From Phyllobates terribilis (taxonomy: Eukaryota), in contig NW_027362763.1 in NCBI RefSeq assembly GCF_046119375.1, positions 853,368,001 to 853,432,000 on the forward strand: 64,000 bases of DNA. The letters are read 5' to 3'. Below are positions 1-12,633 of this stretch, piece by piece; positions within the stretch are counted from its first letter, which is position 1, and each line of letters opens with the position of its first letter. Under the pieces are notes generated by a model. That model saw only the letters and a program-made list of their open reading frames with translations. It searched no databases and was not told the origin of the DNA. Made by a program: the position numbers and the translations under genes.

Positions 1-1145
1 TCCGTGGCATTCAATAGTGTCATAGGTACTGGGTAAAAGAATTCCTAGCATAGTTTGGTAAGAATATTATCTTGGGCTTTTCAGAACCCTCTTCTTTTAA
101 TGGCTAAATTTAGTCCTTACTCAGAATGCTTCAATTTATACAAATGACTCAACGGCCATTCGGTTTTATTACGGCATTTCACAGAATAATTTCCTGCAGC
201 TGCCTAGTAGGTTTTCTACTACTGTATTTATAAGTTCCAATATTTTTCTTAATAAATTGAGGAAAATCCTAGATCGTCATTTGAAAAGCTGTTCCATTCA
301 GTGGTATAATTAGAATCCCTTGGGTAAAACCTGTACTAGGGCCTTTGGTTCACTTTAGGCACCAGAGCTTAGGTGCATCTTATACCTCTGTACCTCCTAT
401 AACTAGACCCTTGTCCTTAGAATTGCAAATGTTTCTGCTCTATTTATATGCCACAGCTTTATGGAGCCTCAAATTTGGACAATTATGGAAGATCAGGTCC
501 TCGTTCACTTATCTGTCCACGTCCAAGTCAGTTTGTTCCGCACACGGATAGCACACTGATTAAGCATATATTTGTCTGAACATACCCTAACCTATATATT
601 ATGCTCAACCAGAGACAAGAAAGGCACTCATAAAGATGTGGCCCATGACTTTCATCCTCTGTACTTGGCTTTCTCGGCACTCGGCAGTCCTATAGACAAT
701 GAATGGAGCGGAGACTAGCATGCACATCTCAACTCCATTCAGAAAGATGCTCTGTTCTCGGTGTTTCAGCTCTGATCTTAGAATATCTGGGGTTCCCTGC
801 AGTTTGACCCCAAGTGATCAGCAATTTATACACTATACTATGGGGAAGGGATAACTTGTTATTTTGAAAATCAATCTCTGGGGCTAATAGGAAGCGATAT
901 AATGTACAGTATGTGCTATTTTTTGGGGTCCATATGGGTTCTCACTAATATTTTCCCACATTAAAGCGCACCTCCACCATCTTCACTGCAGCACCATTGC
1001 TTTATGATTGGATGACATTAGCTCCAGCGGCAGGAACAGGATGTTGCCTAGTTAGCGCAGCTGGGCTGACAATAACAGGAAGTCTCTCCCGATTAGAGAG
1101 ATGTAGAGAGCCACCCAGTTAATTCCTTTCCACATGCCTGGTTAA

Positions 1146-1554
1146 AGAATCACTACCATCAAAACTGTTATCCTCTTAATATATTGCAATCATCATATTA
1201 TATAGCACTGTGTACTTACAATTGCTCATCTTGCCTTTGTAGCCAGCTAATTCTTCTGTTTTCCCTTACGTCTATGACTTCATGTGATTAAAAACTGACT
1301 AGCTGAATCCTTCTAAGTTTTATGTAGAAACTGGAGGTCAATTTTCTCTGCACAACTTATGAATCAATGCAAAAGTCTCTGGCAGCGGAGAGGAGTGGAT
1401 CAGCAGGGTCAGGAGTTGAAGAGAGGGATGATAAATTCAAAGAAAAGACTTCCTGTCTCTACATAGAACTCAGAAAAGAGAAGAATTAGCTGGGTAGAAA
1501 GGCAAAATGAGCAATTGTAAGTACACAGTGCTGTATAATACAAGGAGTGCTTCT
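1146..1554. mobile_element. T2/Kolobok-type MITE
   Basis: TTAA on both sides; termini agaatcact / agtgcttct; long subterminal inverted repeat (cactgtgtacttacaattgctca). Confidence 0.7.
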
Positions 1555-1778
1555 TTAAGACAGCATGAACAGGCCTTTAACTATTAATGTATATAATATG
1601 AATGGAAATCACTGACTGTCTTCAATTTTAAGAAGAGCACGTACTTTTAAACTGATGTCCATGATGTGGAATACCTAGTTATTAAGTTGCCAGGAAGACA
1701 TTCAAACAAAGGCATCACATCCATTGTTTTGGCATGGTTTTGGAGCACAATAATGTTCTTGTTCTTTTCGCCACCCAG

Positions 1779-1887
1779 TGAGCTGGACTATTTTGATGCA
1801 GCCAGAGTTAATGAGAGGTGCCAAAAGATTTGTGACCAATGGGACAAACTGGGAACATTAACTCAGAAAAGGAGGGAAGCTCTTGAG
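1779..1887 (+). CDS. ACTN2: ACTN2 exon 13 equivalent ([36 protein letters not shown]), spectrin repeat 2 end
   Basis: ccacccag acceptor, gag|gtacgt donor, 109 nt. Confidence 0.95.
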
Positions 1888-4646
1888 GTACGTCATATAG
1901 TAGCTAGATTTTTTTTTTGCACAATATTATACAAGTTACTTTAAGGATTCTGGTAATGGAAAATTTGAATGGTTTATTTGCTTTGCTCTCATAACTTTAC
2001 ATAAAAATGTATACACGGGACTGCAGGAATCATGGAAATTTATAGGACTGCAAATCAAAATAAGGATTGACAAAGGAGGGCACAGTTCTAATAGCTGTCA
2101 AGCCTTTCATTGCTAGAATAGGAAAACATTAATGAATACAACTCGTAAATTACACCCTGAATTTGGCTCTGGAGCAGAGGCTGAAATACAGCACCCCGGT
2201 GAACAGAAGCTCTGCTCTCATATCTTTCCTGCCATTAGCTTTTCAAATGAGGTTCGGTGATAGACAAGATTTATGTCCTGGCAATAATAAAAGAAAATAT
2301 GCCATAAATCTAGAGTAATTATTGAAATCAATACGGTGCTGTTGCACACATTAACATATATAAATATTCTGCTTTTTACTTTTCGAAATGTAAAGTATAA
2401 AACAAACTATAGTTTTATGGCGGGAAGGTTACTTCATTACTTCATGATATTAAGAAACATTTGTACTAGCGCTTATAGTCAAGAAGAAGTTTTGCTTTAG
2501 TTTCGGTCTAGAAGGAATCCGCTACCTTTTCTTATTTTTACTGTTGTACAGGACATGTGTAATGGTGAGAGTGCCCGGTTATTATTTGGGAGGGTTAGTG
2601 CTTCTTTGCCCCTTATTATCTTTATGGCTCTTCTGTTAATTCCCCATAAGCTTGTTTGTTAAAGGGGTTGTCCAGTAAACACCATATTTCACTTATTCAA
2701 AGGATAAGTGTTAAATGTGTGATTGCTGGGAGTCTAGTTGCTCAGACCTCCACCAATCGTAGAGAGGAGAGCCAAAGGTCTCCTTTGTTAATACAATAGT
2801 AGTGCGTATGTGCGATTACCACCCCTAAAGAAAGTGAATAGAGCAGTTGTTGCATGTGCCTACTTACTCTCAACTCACATAGGGGACTTTGGGCCCCTTC
2901 ATTCTCAGGATCAGTGGAGCCTCAGCAGTCAGACCCCCAGCAATAAAACTTTCATCAAATTCCTGTGCTGAATATGGAGGGCCCTTGAGGGAAAGGGAGA
3001 GAGAGTAGCACTATCTGAGCAAGGAAAACTTGTCACTAGATAAAGTTGTGTAATGTAGGGCACAGCTCCATATAACATGTGTGAGAATCGTATGAAATGG
3101 GTGCAGTCCTGTGCTGCAGGAATTTCCTTCAGAAAGAGCTCTGGTACAGCATGATCAAGGGAGAAGAGCCAGATGATAGACGCTCCTGCAGTGGTAAAAT
3201 TGGAAAGTGATTAAAAAGGAAAGCAGAGAAATTACTACAAAAATAAAAATATTTATAAAAAAAATACACAACGCGTTTTGTCTGTATCCAGCCTTCATCA
3301 GGTGAACGTCTTGCCCGTGAATAAGGGATGCAAATTGTTTATGGGACCCCCTTTAATGTTTTTTGGCTTGTGGACTAGAGGCCATCATGGCAGCTAACTA
3401 GCCCACCACTGTGCCATGAATTGCCTTCACCTAAATCATTTAGTTCTTCCTACTCAATACAAATATGTTGGAGCAATTTCTGTAGAGACTTTAAAGAAAC
3501 AACAAAGCCCCCCATACACATTATAGTAAACTGAACATTGCGATCATCTAATTTGTTTGGGAGCATCCCAGATAAAAGCCCAATTTTTTGGTTCTCCAAG
3601 AAGATCAGCTGCTGCCAGAGGAGGCTTACTACACCCCATCGAGAACACATGAACGCTTGGCCATTAAACCATGTGTATGAAGTAGTCAGAGGAGAAAGTT
3701 AATGGCTACAAGAGTGTCTAGTATATATGGGCACCCTTGTCTTGGGGTTTCTGCACAGTTATATTATCTGTTGTTTGAGAGAAGCCATTATAGGTTAAGT
3801 ACAGGCTGACTATAGACACTTTTGTGTTCCTTATTAGGATTATTGATAGGGGTGCAGAAGTATCTCTGTCCCACTGACCATGGTAACTATGCTACCTGAC
3901 ATTTTTCTGAGAACCATAAGAAACATTCACGCAGTTGAGTGAGAATTATTAGTGACTTTTTCTTTTATTAGCTGCTGACTTTACATTTAATGTTCCTTTA
4001 AGAGTTAAATGACTTGTTACCTTAGATGTCCTCGCTAGAGAGACTGAATGGGTGGTGATATGTGAGGGCCCAGGAGGAAACATGAGGTTTCTCATGATAC
4101 CACATCACAAGCTACAAATCACAGTAATGGTACAACATGAAAAAATGTATGTTATCTCTTTCTACCTTTTATCTCACACTTAACGAGTCTGAACATCATT
4201 TTTATGTCTGATCTCCCCTACCTACAGATTATTTTTTAAATGCTGCAAAAACTTACTCTTAAAAGAAACTTACAGAGCACCTAAACTGCTGTCTAAGCCT
4301 TATACATTATGATAATAGGATTTTATTGATGTCACTTTCTGAGATGTACTTAAAGGAAAAAATAAAGTTATAAAGCAGCACAGGCTACCTGTGAACAGTC
4401 ATGTGGGTGGTGCTCATCTTTTGAGGACTCATGCAGTTTCATGTCTGCCCTCCTTACTTCCTTTTTGTCCCACTGACCTGGAGACATTATTATCATAGCT
4501 CCCAAATATCCCGGATTCAGCGGGACTGCACCGTCACGTCAGAGCATTTGTCCCGGCCATAGGAGCCACAGCCCACAACAATGTAGATAGGAGAATTTGG
4601 TAATCTTGACCTCTATTGCCTGCAATGAACACAGAAGCAGATTATA

Positions 4647-6435
4647 CAACCCCTGGCAAAAATGATGGAATCACCAGGCTCAGAAGATGTTCATTCAGTT
4701 GTTCAATGTTGTTGAAAAAAAGCAGATCACAGACATGGCACAAAACTAAAGTCATTTCATATGGCAACTTTAGGGCTTTAACCCTAGAACGCATACCTGG
4801 GGCCTAGCAGGCCCGCCCTGTTAATTGTTTTCTATTTTCTGCAAGATTACTTTAGTTAGAATTTTGAAACTCTAGGTATTCCTCAGGTATATAGTTGTTT
4901 GTCATTTTTGTTTGAGTTATTCCATGTTATTTGCACATGGGCCTAAAAAGTGCAACAAAATACTAGTGATGTATTGGAGTGTTGTTTTGTGTGTTTGTTT
5001 TTCATGATTCTGACGCGCCCCCTGGGCCATATTCTTTAGGGGAATACCCGGAGCCGGATCAGATGGGGGTTGTAGTCTCCGAGTGGCTGTGACCCGGTCC
5101 GTGCCCAGGGTGTCAAACTCAGTGTGTGTGGCAGTCCTACAGATGTTACAAAGTTCGTTATGTCGACTACGCCACCCGTTGGATTGCGGTCACTACGGCC
5201 GCCGCTGCAGCAGGGTCCGCTGAGGCTGATGGTGTTGGTGCAGCTTTAGATAGTATAACCCCCAACGGGAGGGGTATGGCCTCAGGGGGTCAGGTGCAGA
5301 GGATGGGGGTTGTGGTGGTGCAGCGTAGATGTTAAGTAAAGACAGAGTCGGGTTGTGCAGTTCAGGGTGTTTACTTACTGCAGATATTCCGGTCACTCCG
5401 GCCTTCAGTGACCACCCGAGCCGTGCTGCGTCCACCAGGTCCTGGATTCAGCCAACCCCCAAGCAAGTCCGGAGCGTGTCCCTGAGCCCTCCTTCTTGTC
5501 CTTTCTTCTGGCCGTCCCCACCAGGGATCCACCTAGGTCCAGCTCCCTCGGGCCTTCTGTTGGGAGACCCTTGGCCTTGGGTTCCCTGACCCTACTCGTG
5601 GTTTGCCTTCAGGGTGGATGTGGTGGGTGGCCGTGGCAGATCCTGCCCACGGCCTCCGGTCTCTGGCTGAGGTATGCTTTAGCCCCCACCAGTTTGGGAT
5701 CCGGTACCCTATTGCCAACTCTTCACCCTAGGATTGTATTTGGGGTCTCAGAGTTCCTTCTGTCTTCCCCTCTGGGTCTTTCTGGCTCTCCTCTCTCACT
5801 CTTGCTCTGGGGCTGCTCTGCTCCTCTTCCTCTGACTTCTCTCAGACTGACTGACTCCTCACAGACTGACCCTGATCTTAGTTGGTGCCCACCTTATATA
5901 CTCCCTCTATGTGTGAGCTCAGGTGACCAGCACCCAATGAGCTCCTATCTTTACCCAGGCTGCTCCCCCTATCTGCCCCTACACTACTGGGATGTACCAC
6001 CCCCCTCCCACTCCAGCCAGGAACAGACTCGGTCGTACCTGCACATTTCTAAGTGGGAGTACCGTTGGTCTGCTCCTCGGAAATGGGATGTGTGTAGTGC
6101 ATGCAGCTGACTGAGCTCAGTTCCACACTCCATCCTTACCCGGGAGTGGAATATCACACCTCTGGGTTGAGGTGCAATACCCCTGTAGCAGCCGAATCCT
6201 CAGGGTGCTACAATTCCATAATTTTTTCCTCAGAATTGGTCTGAAAAAAATTACCCTTACTGAGTACCACATTGTTAATCTTGATTTCTTTTAGTGTTTC
6301 TTAAAGCCCTAAAGTTGCCATTTGAAATGACTTTAGTTTTGTGCCATGTCTGTGATCTGCTTTTTTTCAACAACATTAAACAACTGAATGAACATCCTCC
6401 GAGCCCGGTGATTCCATAATTTTTGCCAGGGGTTG
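4647..6435. mobile_element. non-autonomous Tc1/mariner element, interrupted by a solo LTR
   Basis: TA|caacccctggcaaaa ... ttttgccaggggttg|TA; ~135-bp TIRs at 4647-4780 and 6302-6435; no transposase. Confidence 0.88.
5011..6212 (-). mobile_element. solo LTR, same lineage as the LTRs at 42648 and 46383
   Basis: TGACGCGCCCCCTGGGCC...GGTGCTACA termini; 4-bp TSD ATTC (5007-5010, 6213-6216); several blocks shared with the 42.6-kb LTR. Confidence 0.9.
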
Positions 6436-7047
6436 TATATGGCCATAGAGATATATATGATAGTTATAACAATGTATTTCTATGGTCCCAGTATACTGAG
6501 GTGAAGAAAAAGATGTTTTTTGTTCCTTTAACAGTAGTAAAAATAATAAACAATTACAAAAATTTCTTTTTTTTCTGTGAGTCTCCTGGTCGCAAACCCA
6601 CAACTTTAATGCAGCAGGCAGGGGCCTAAGATACTGAACCACAAGCTCTGATTGCCCTGGGGAGAATTTTGTGTACTTGATCTGTATTGTAGGCTGACTC
6701 CACAGGCAGATTATACTGATAGAAATACACTGCTATGTACAGTTTATGTATTTGTATTCTAGAGGGAGAATAAGAGATTTTTTCATCATATAAAGTTACT
6801 AAAAAATAATAATGAAAAACACTTGATGAAGAAAAAAATGATGTGATTTTAATGCGTTTTTAAATAAATAAAATAAATATCACAAATCAGCAAATAACAT
6901 GGACATATTTGGTGTCCCTGTAATCGTAACGACTCGCACAACGATCAGATTATTTACGGGAATCGGTAAATGATGTAAAAAAAATGTTGTGATTGATACT
7001 TTTTTTATGGGTTTAATAGAGAAAAAATAATAAAACTGTAATGCTGA

Positions 7048-7755
7048 GGCTGTGTTCACACGTAGGTGCGTTCTTTCTGCTGCTTTTTTTGTGCAGGTGT
7101 CCGCAACATACAAAGCAATAACAATCTTCTCTAATTATTGCGTTTCTTTTTGTGCATTTTCCCTCTTATTTGATGTGACTTTGGGAGAGTTTATAATACT
7201 TTTTTAATAGTACAGAAAAGCTTTGATTCTGCACTTAAAAATGCAACAGCGTTTTTTTCATGCTTTTTTTTTCAGAGGAAGCCTATAGAGAAAAAATGCA
7301 CCAAAACTGCAGAGTTCAGTAGCATCTTCAGATCACAGGGGGCAGAGATTTCATGGAATCGCATCCACTTTGCTTGGACATTTAGACCATGTTCACAAGT
7401 AGTGTAAATGCTGCGTATTTTCTGCTGCTTTTTTTCACAAAAATTCTGTTGTGTTTAACTGTCCAAGTAAAGCGGATGTGATTTCATGAAAACTATGCCC
7501 GCTGTGTGCCCAAGGACACTGCTGAACTGTGCAAAACCACTGTGTGGTTTTGGTGCTTGTGGAGCCTAAAAAAACGCTTGTATAAAACTTCAGTTACTTT
7601 TTTAATTGCAGAATCAAAACTTTTCTGTACTATAAAAAACACATCAAAAACGCTGCTTCACATCTGCACCAAAACCGCATCAAATAAGGTGCGGACATCT
7701 GCAGAAAACAAGAAACACAGTATTTCTAGTATTTCTGCACTGTGTGAACACGGCC
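7048..7755. mobile_element. PIF/Harbinger-type MITE
   Basis: ggctgtgttcacac ... gtgtgaacacggcc inverted ends flanked by TGA/TTA; internal palindromic blocks. Confidence 0.65.
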
Positions 7756-7866
7756 TTACAGCCATAAAAAAGCCAGATGTCATACAGTGAAGCTACATAA
7801 AGATGAGAAAGTTCTGGCGGCTCGACTGTGAATGAAGGAACAAAAATTAAATCCACAGGTCCCAAC

Positions 7867-8028
7867 TAGAGATGGGCAGGACGCACAGATGACGTCACGC
7901 TGCCCGGACTAATCAAAAGCCACCGGGGACACCGGAAGGTTAGAGATTCAGGACCTCCCGTCCAGCCACCAGGTACCACTGACCTTGATGCTGGACCGGA
8001 GTCCTGTGAATCCATCCACTCATCTCTA
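7867..8028. mobile_element. 162-bp hAT MITE
   Basis: tagagatg ... catctcta TIR; perfect 8-bp TSD GTCCCAAC (7859-7866, 8029-8036). Confidence 0.85.
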
Positions 8029-8279
8029 GTCCCAACTGTTCCACATACAGCAAACAATCCTGGATTTGGGTCTATGCCCTGCTGTCTTGGGCATCTGCTG
8101 AATTTCCCTCACTGCCAGCGCCCCTCCACCCCTCTGACATCTCCTCCTGCTGGGAGAGAAAGAAATGACAAATGAGCGTGGATTGGGGTGTGGCCAGGAG
8201 CATGGCCTAAATCTGACGCGGCGCATCGCTCGTGCCAAATCATCTGTCCCTCTTTCTGTTCTTCAAAAGTTGGAAGGTA

Positions 8280-9909
8280 CAGTACAGACCAAAAGTTTGG
8301 ACACACCTTCTCATTTAAAGATTTTTCTGTATTTTCATGACTATGAAAATTGTACATTCACACTGAAGGCATCAAAACTATGAATTCACACACGTGGAAT
8401 TATATACTTAACAAAAAAGTGTGAAACCACTGAAAATATGTCTTATATTCTAGGTTCTTCAAAGTAGCCACCTTTTGCTTTGATGACTGCTTTGCACACT
8501 CTTGGCATTCTCTTGATGAGCTTCAAGAGGTAGTCACCGGAAATGGTTTTCACTTCACAGATGTGCCCTGTCAGGTTTAATAAGTGGGATTTCTTGCCTT
8601 ATAAATGGGGTTGGGACCATCAGTCGTGTTGTGCAGAAGTCTGGTGGATACACAGCTGATAGTCCTACTGAATAGACTGTTAGCTGCTTTTTTCTTGCCA
8701 TAATACAAATTCTAAGTAAAGAAAAACGAGTGGCCATCATTACTTTAAGAAATGAAGGTCAGTCAGTGCGAAAAATCGGGCAAACTTTGAAAGTGTCTCC
8801 AAGTGCAGTTGCAAAAACCATCAAGCGCTACAAAGAAACTGGCTCACATGAGGACCGCCCCAGGAAAGGAAGACCAAGAGTCACCTCTGCTTCTGAGGAT
8901 AAGTTTATCCGAGTCACCAGCCTCAGAAATCGCAGGTTAACAGCAGCTCAGATTAGAGACCAGGTCAATGCCACACAGAGTTCTAGCAGCATACACATCT
9001 CTACAACAACTGTTAAGAGGAGACTTTGTGCAGCAGGTGTTCATGGTAAAATAGCTGCTAGGAAACCACTGCTAAGGACAGGCAACAAGCAGAAGAGACT
9101 TGTTTGGGCTAAAGAACGCAAGGAATGGACATTAGACCAGTGGAAATCTGTGCTTTGGTCTGATGAGTCCAAATTTGAGATCTTTGGTTCCAACCACCGT
9201 GTCTTTGTGCGACGCAGAAAAGGTGAACGGATGGACTCTACATGCCTGGTTCCCACAATGAAGCATGGAGGAGGAGGTGTGATGGTGTGGGGTTGCTTTG
9301 CTGGTGACACTGTTGGGGATTTATTCAAAATTGAAGGCATACTGAACCAGCATGGCTACCACAGCATCTTGAAGCGGCATGCTATTCCATCCGGTTTGCG
9401 TTTAGTTGGACCATCATTTATTTTTCAACAGGACAATGACCCCAAACACACCTCCAGGCTGTGTAAGGGCTATTCGACCAAGAAGGAGAGTGATGGGGTG
9501 CTGCGCCAGATGACCTGGCCTCCACAGTCACCAGACCTGAACCCAATCGAGATGGTTTGGGGTGAGCTGGACTGTAGAGTGAAGGCAAAAGGGCCAACAA
9601 GTGCTAAGCATCTCTGGGAACTCCTTCAAGATTGTTGGAAGACCATTTCCGGTGACTACCTCTTGAAGCTCATCAAGAGAATGCCAAGAGTGTGCAAAGC
9701 AGTCAACAAAGCTAAAGGTGGCTACTTTGAAGAACCTAGAATATAAGACATATTTTCAGTTATTTCACACTTTTTTGTAAAGTATATAATTCCACATGTG
9801 TTAATTCATAGTTTTGATTCCTTCAGTGTGAATGTACAATTTTCATAGTCATGAAAATACAGAAAAATCTTTAAATAAGAAGGTGTGTCCAAACTTTTGG
9901 TCTATACTG
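8280..9909 (+). mobile_element. full-length Tc1/mariner element, DD38E (Intruder-type), 1630 bp
   Basis: TA|cagtacagaccaaaagtttgg ... ccaaacttttggtctatactg|TA; ~268-bp TIRs (8280-8547, 9642-9909); transposase ORF inside. Confidence 0.95.
8730..9746 (+). CDS. Tc1-family transposase (DD38E); frame open but native ATG lost
   Basis: GRPR linker, WSDESKF, QQDNDPKH and SPDLNPIE; 38 residues between second D and E by my count. No in-frame ATG upstream (stop at 8673). Confidence 0.92.
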   Translation: MAIITLRNEGQSVRKIGQTLKVSPSAVAKTIKRYKETGSHEDRPRKGRPRVTSASEDKFIRVTSLRNRRLTAAQIRDQVNATQSSSSIHISTTTVKRRLCAAGVHGKIAARKPLLRTGNKQKRLVWAKERKEWTLDQWKSVLWSDESKFEIFGSNHRVFVRRRKGERMDSTCLVPTMKHGGGGVMVWGCFAGDTVGDLFKIEGILNQHGYHSILKRHAIPSGLRLVGPSFIFQQDNDPKHTSRLCKGYSTKKESDGVLRQMTWPPQSPDLNPIEMVWGELDCRVKAKGPTSAKHLWELLQDCWKTISGDYLLKLIKRMPRVCKAVNKAKGGYFEEPRI

Positions 9910-10263
9910 TATGTTATTATGAGCCACCTCCAGCTGCATCCATGGCATGTACAGTACAGTGAAGTGAAGTTTTTCGGCCTCAACATCATGTGCACATGGC
10001 ACGTGTCCAGGATAGTGACGGAAGGTGGCTTTTAATTATGTATTTTGACTCGTGAGCAGATATGGGACTTCTCAAAAGACCAGAAACACTCACATGACTC
10101 TTCACAGGTAGTGAAGAGTGACATAGTTAGAGAAGTCTTACCATCCTGTATACAGCTATGGAGGTGGGTTAGGGGGTGTATATGTGATGACAGGGTCCCT
10201 TGGATAATGGATGGTGTATTCTTTAAATAATGCTTATTCTAGACTTTGTTTTTCTCTATATAG

Positions 10264-10404
10264 CGCACAGAAAAACTCTTAGAAACTGTTGATCACCTTC
10301 ACCTAGAGTTTATCAAGAGGGCCGCTCCTTTCAATATCTGGATGGAGGGAGCCATGGAGGATCTGCAGGACATGTTCATTGTCCACAGTGTGGAGGAAAT
10401 TCAG
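10264..10404 (+). CDS. ACTN2: ACTN2 exon 14 equivalent ([47 protein letters not shown])
   Basis: tctctatatag acceptor, cag|gtgagc donor, 141 nt; too short for the ORF track. Confidence 0.95.
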
Positions 10405-10533
10405 GTGAGCACTTCCCTTTATCGTTGGGTAACCAGTCATAGTCTAGTTCTTCCATTTCTGCCTTTAGAGTTATTGCTCTATATAACGGTTGTCGAGGTA
10501 AATTGACTAAATTAAATTTTTTTTACTTTTCAG

Positions 10534-10716
10534 AAATTAATTACTGCCCATGATCAATTTAAAGCTACACTGCCGGAAGCAGACAGTGAAAGACAAGCAA
10601 TTATAGGCATCCAGAACGAAGTGGAGAAAGTCATTCAGAGCTATAACATTAGAGTATCTTCAGTGAATCCATACAGCTATATTACCCTGGAAGAACTCCG
10701 CACCAAGTGGGAAAAG
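10534..10716 (+). CDS. ACTN2: ACTN2 exon 15 equivalent ([17 protein letters not shown]...ELRTKWEK)
   Basis: tacttttcag acceptor, aag|gtaaat donor, 183 nt. Confidence 0.95.
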
Positions 10717-11475
10717 GTAAATCAGAGACTAACAAATTAACACTCCTAACATCTATATTCATCTTTGAACGCCATTTTCTATTGTACTTTAAATGTACTT
10801 AATCAATTCATCATGGTTTTCAAGATCTCTGCTTGCTCTCATTCGATATGAATATTTATTTTTACAGCAGTGGAATAAGACCTGTCCTGGTCATGTGGTG
10901 GACATACAGGTTCTCAAATGACTGCACCTCTCCGATAACTGTAATGAGCCACTGCCCAGTGTGCCCTTCACTCCACCAGGACAGATGTTTTATTCCTGGA
11001 AGTTAACAATTTACGGTTTCCACTGAATGACTGCAGAAAAACCGTGAGGAATTTATATAGGTAGTTTATTTGAGTATTTGCCAATCATGATTTGTCTGGG
11101 ATGATCAGGAAAACCAAAGTACTCTTTTACAAACCCACCCCAAAAATGAACATTCCTGGGCGTTTTAAAACTGGTCCTGGGCAGACCCTGGACGTGGCTT
11201 ACAGGGCTCCATTTGGGGCATTGAAATGATGTTAAGAGTGAAGAAGATTATAAAATTTGACTTTTTTCGCTGAAACCGTAATGAACCTTGTGGAAAGCTA
11301 TTCCAAAGAATGGAATCAAAGGGATGGCCCCTTCATCTTTGGAGGTAGTTTTACATGGAAAAGCTTTAGACCATATTTTTAGTATGGGCCATTTATGTAC
11401 TTATATAAATCTATGTATTTTACTTTTTTTCCTAAGTATTTTACAAAAAGAAATTTGGGAGAAAATTTGTATTAA

Positions 11476-11917
11476 AATTAATCTGTCACAAGGATTTTTT
11501 TCTATGTAATCTGAGAGCAGCACAATGTAGGGGCTGAGACCCTGATTTCAGCAATGTGTCACTTACTTGGCTGCATGGTATAGTTTTGATAAAATCCCCG
11601 CTTTCTCTGTTGCATATCTACCAGTTCTCTGAATGCTGAGCTCTGTATAACCCCGCCCACCCCACTGATTGGCAGCTTCTTCTATTCACGTTTGCATAGG
11701 CAGAAAGCTGCCAATCAATTGGGGGGTTGGGCTACACATAGCAGGAGGACTATATGGCAACTATTCCTTTAGTAATAATTTCCTGCTGATAAAACACTGA
11801 TTTTATAAAAACTTCAGCAAGCAGCCCAGTAAGTGACACATCGTTGGTATCATGGTCTCTGCTCCTAGATCATGCTGCTCTTAGATTGAATAGCAAGCAC
11901 TTGCTGACAGATTCCCT
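11476..11917. mobile_element. T2/Kolobok-type MITE
   Basis: TTAA flanks; aatctgtca ... tgacagattccct ends; same family as 13386 and 35105. Confidence 0.7.
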
Positions 11918-12498
11918 TTAATGTATGTCTACAGGCTCGGTTTATCTCTTATTTGCCTTTTATGTCATCTATATGAGTTTTTACATGATTAATTTGTGCA
12001 TTTTTATAAGAGGCAGGGATGACCACTACAGAAACATAGGAAAATAGATGCTTACCACAAATGGCATTGTCAAACCCCTATTAAATATGCCCTTTACAAT
12101 GCTATTCCTCACAGAAGAGCCATCTGGTGTTGAGGAGCAATCCAATTAGTGCCTACTGCTCTCTTAAAGGAGAACAAAACCCTGTAGGAACTCTGTTTTA
12201 TTTCTCTTCTTTATAGGGTTAGTGCTGTTTACACAAGGCAAATAAAAAGTACAAAGGTCCCTATTAGCAGATATCCTTTAAAACTCATCTATTTAGGATA
12301 TGTGCTTTATGCGCCATTAGCATGTTTTAGTAGGACTGGTTTAGCACCTCTCCAATGGGATTTATTTTAGGGAACTCACCCATTTACTGGGGCCCAGGTC
12401 CGTATAAGTAAAGCTTTTTATATTAGGTCATCTAGTTCTTGATGTGAAATAGTAAATATAATTGATTGTGATATAACAAATCTAATATTTCCATAAAG

Positions 12499-12633
12499 GT
12501 GAAAAGACTGGTACCTGCTAGAGACACGTCTTTACAAGAAGAACTGGCGCGTCAACAAGGTAATGAACGCTTGCGCCGCCAGTTTGCTGCTCAGGCAAAT
12601 GTCATAGGACCATGGATTCAGAACAAGATGGAG
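12499..12633 (+). CDS. ACTN2: ACTN2 exon 16 equivalent (VKRLVPARD...[18 protein letters not shown])
   Basis: ccataaag acceptor, gag|gtaaga donor, 135 nt. Confidence 0.95.

Noticed and set aside
1-560. Possible old LINE ORF2 remnant on the - strand
   Set aside because: Only a vague resemblance (KGLVIGGTE) with stops in all frames; no diagnostic RT motif.
5496-6110. 204-aa ORF in the solo LTR and 173-aa ORFs duplicated at 43061 and 46796
   Set aside because: Lie within CT-rich LTR sequence; low complexity, no motifs, duplicated only because the LTRs are.
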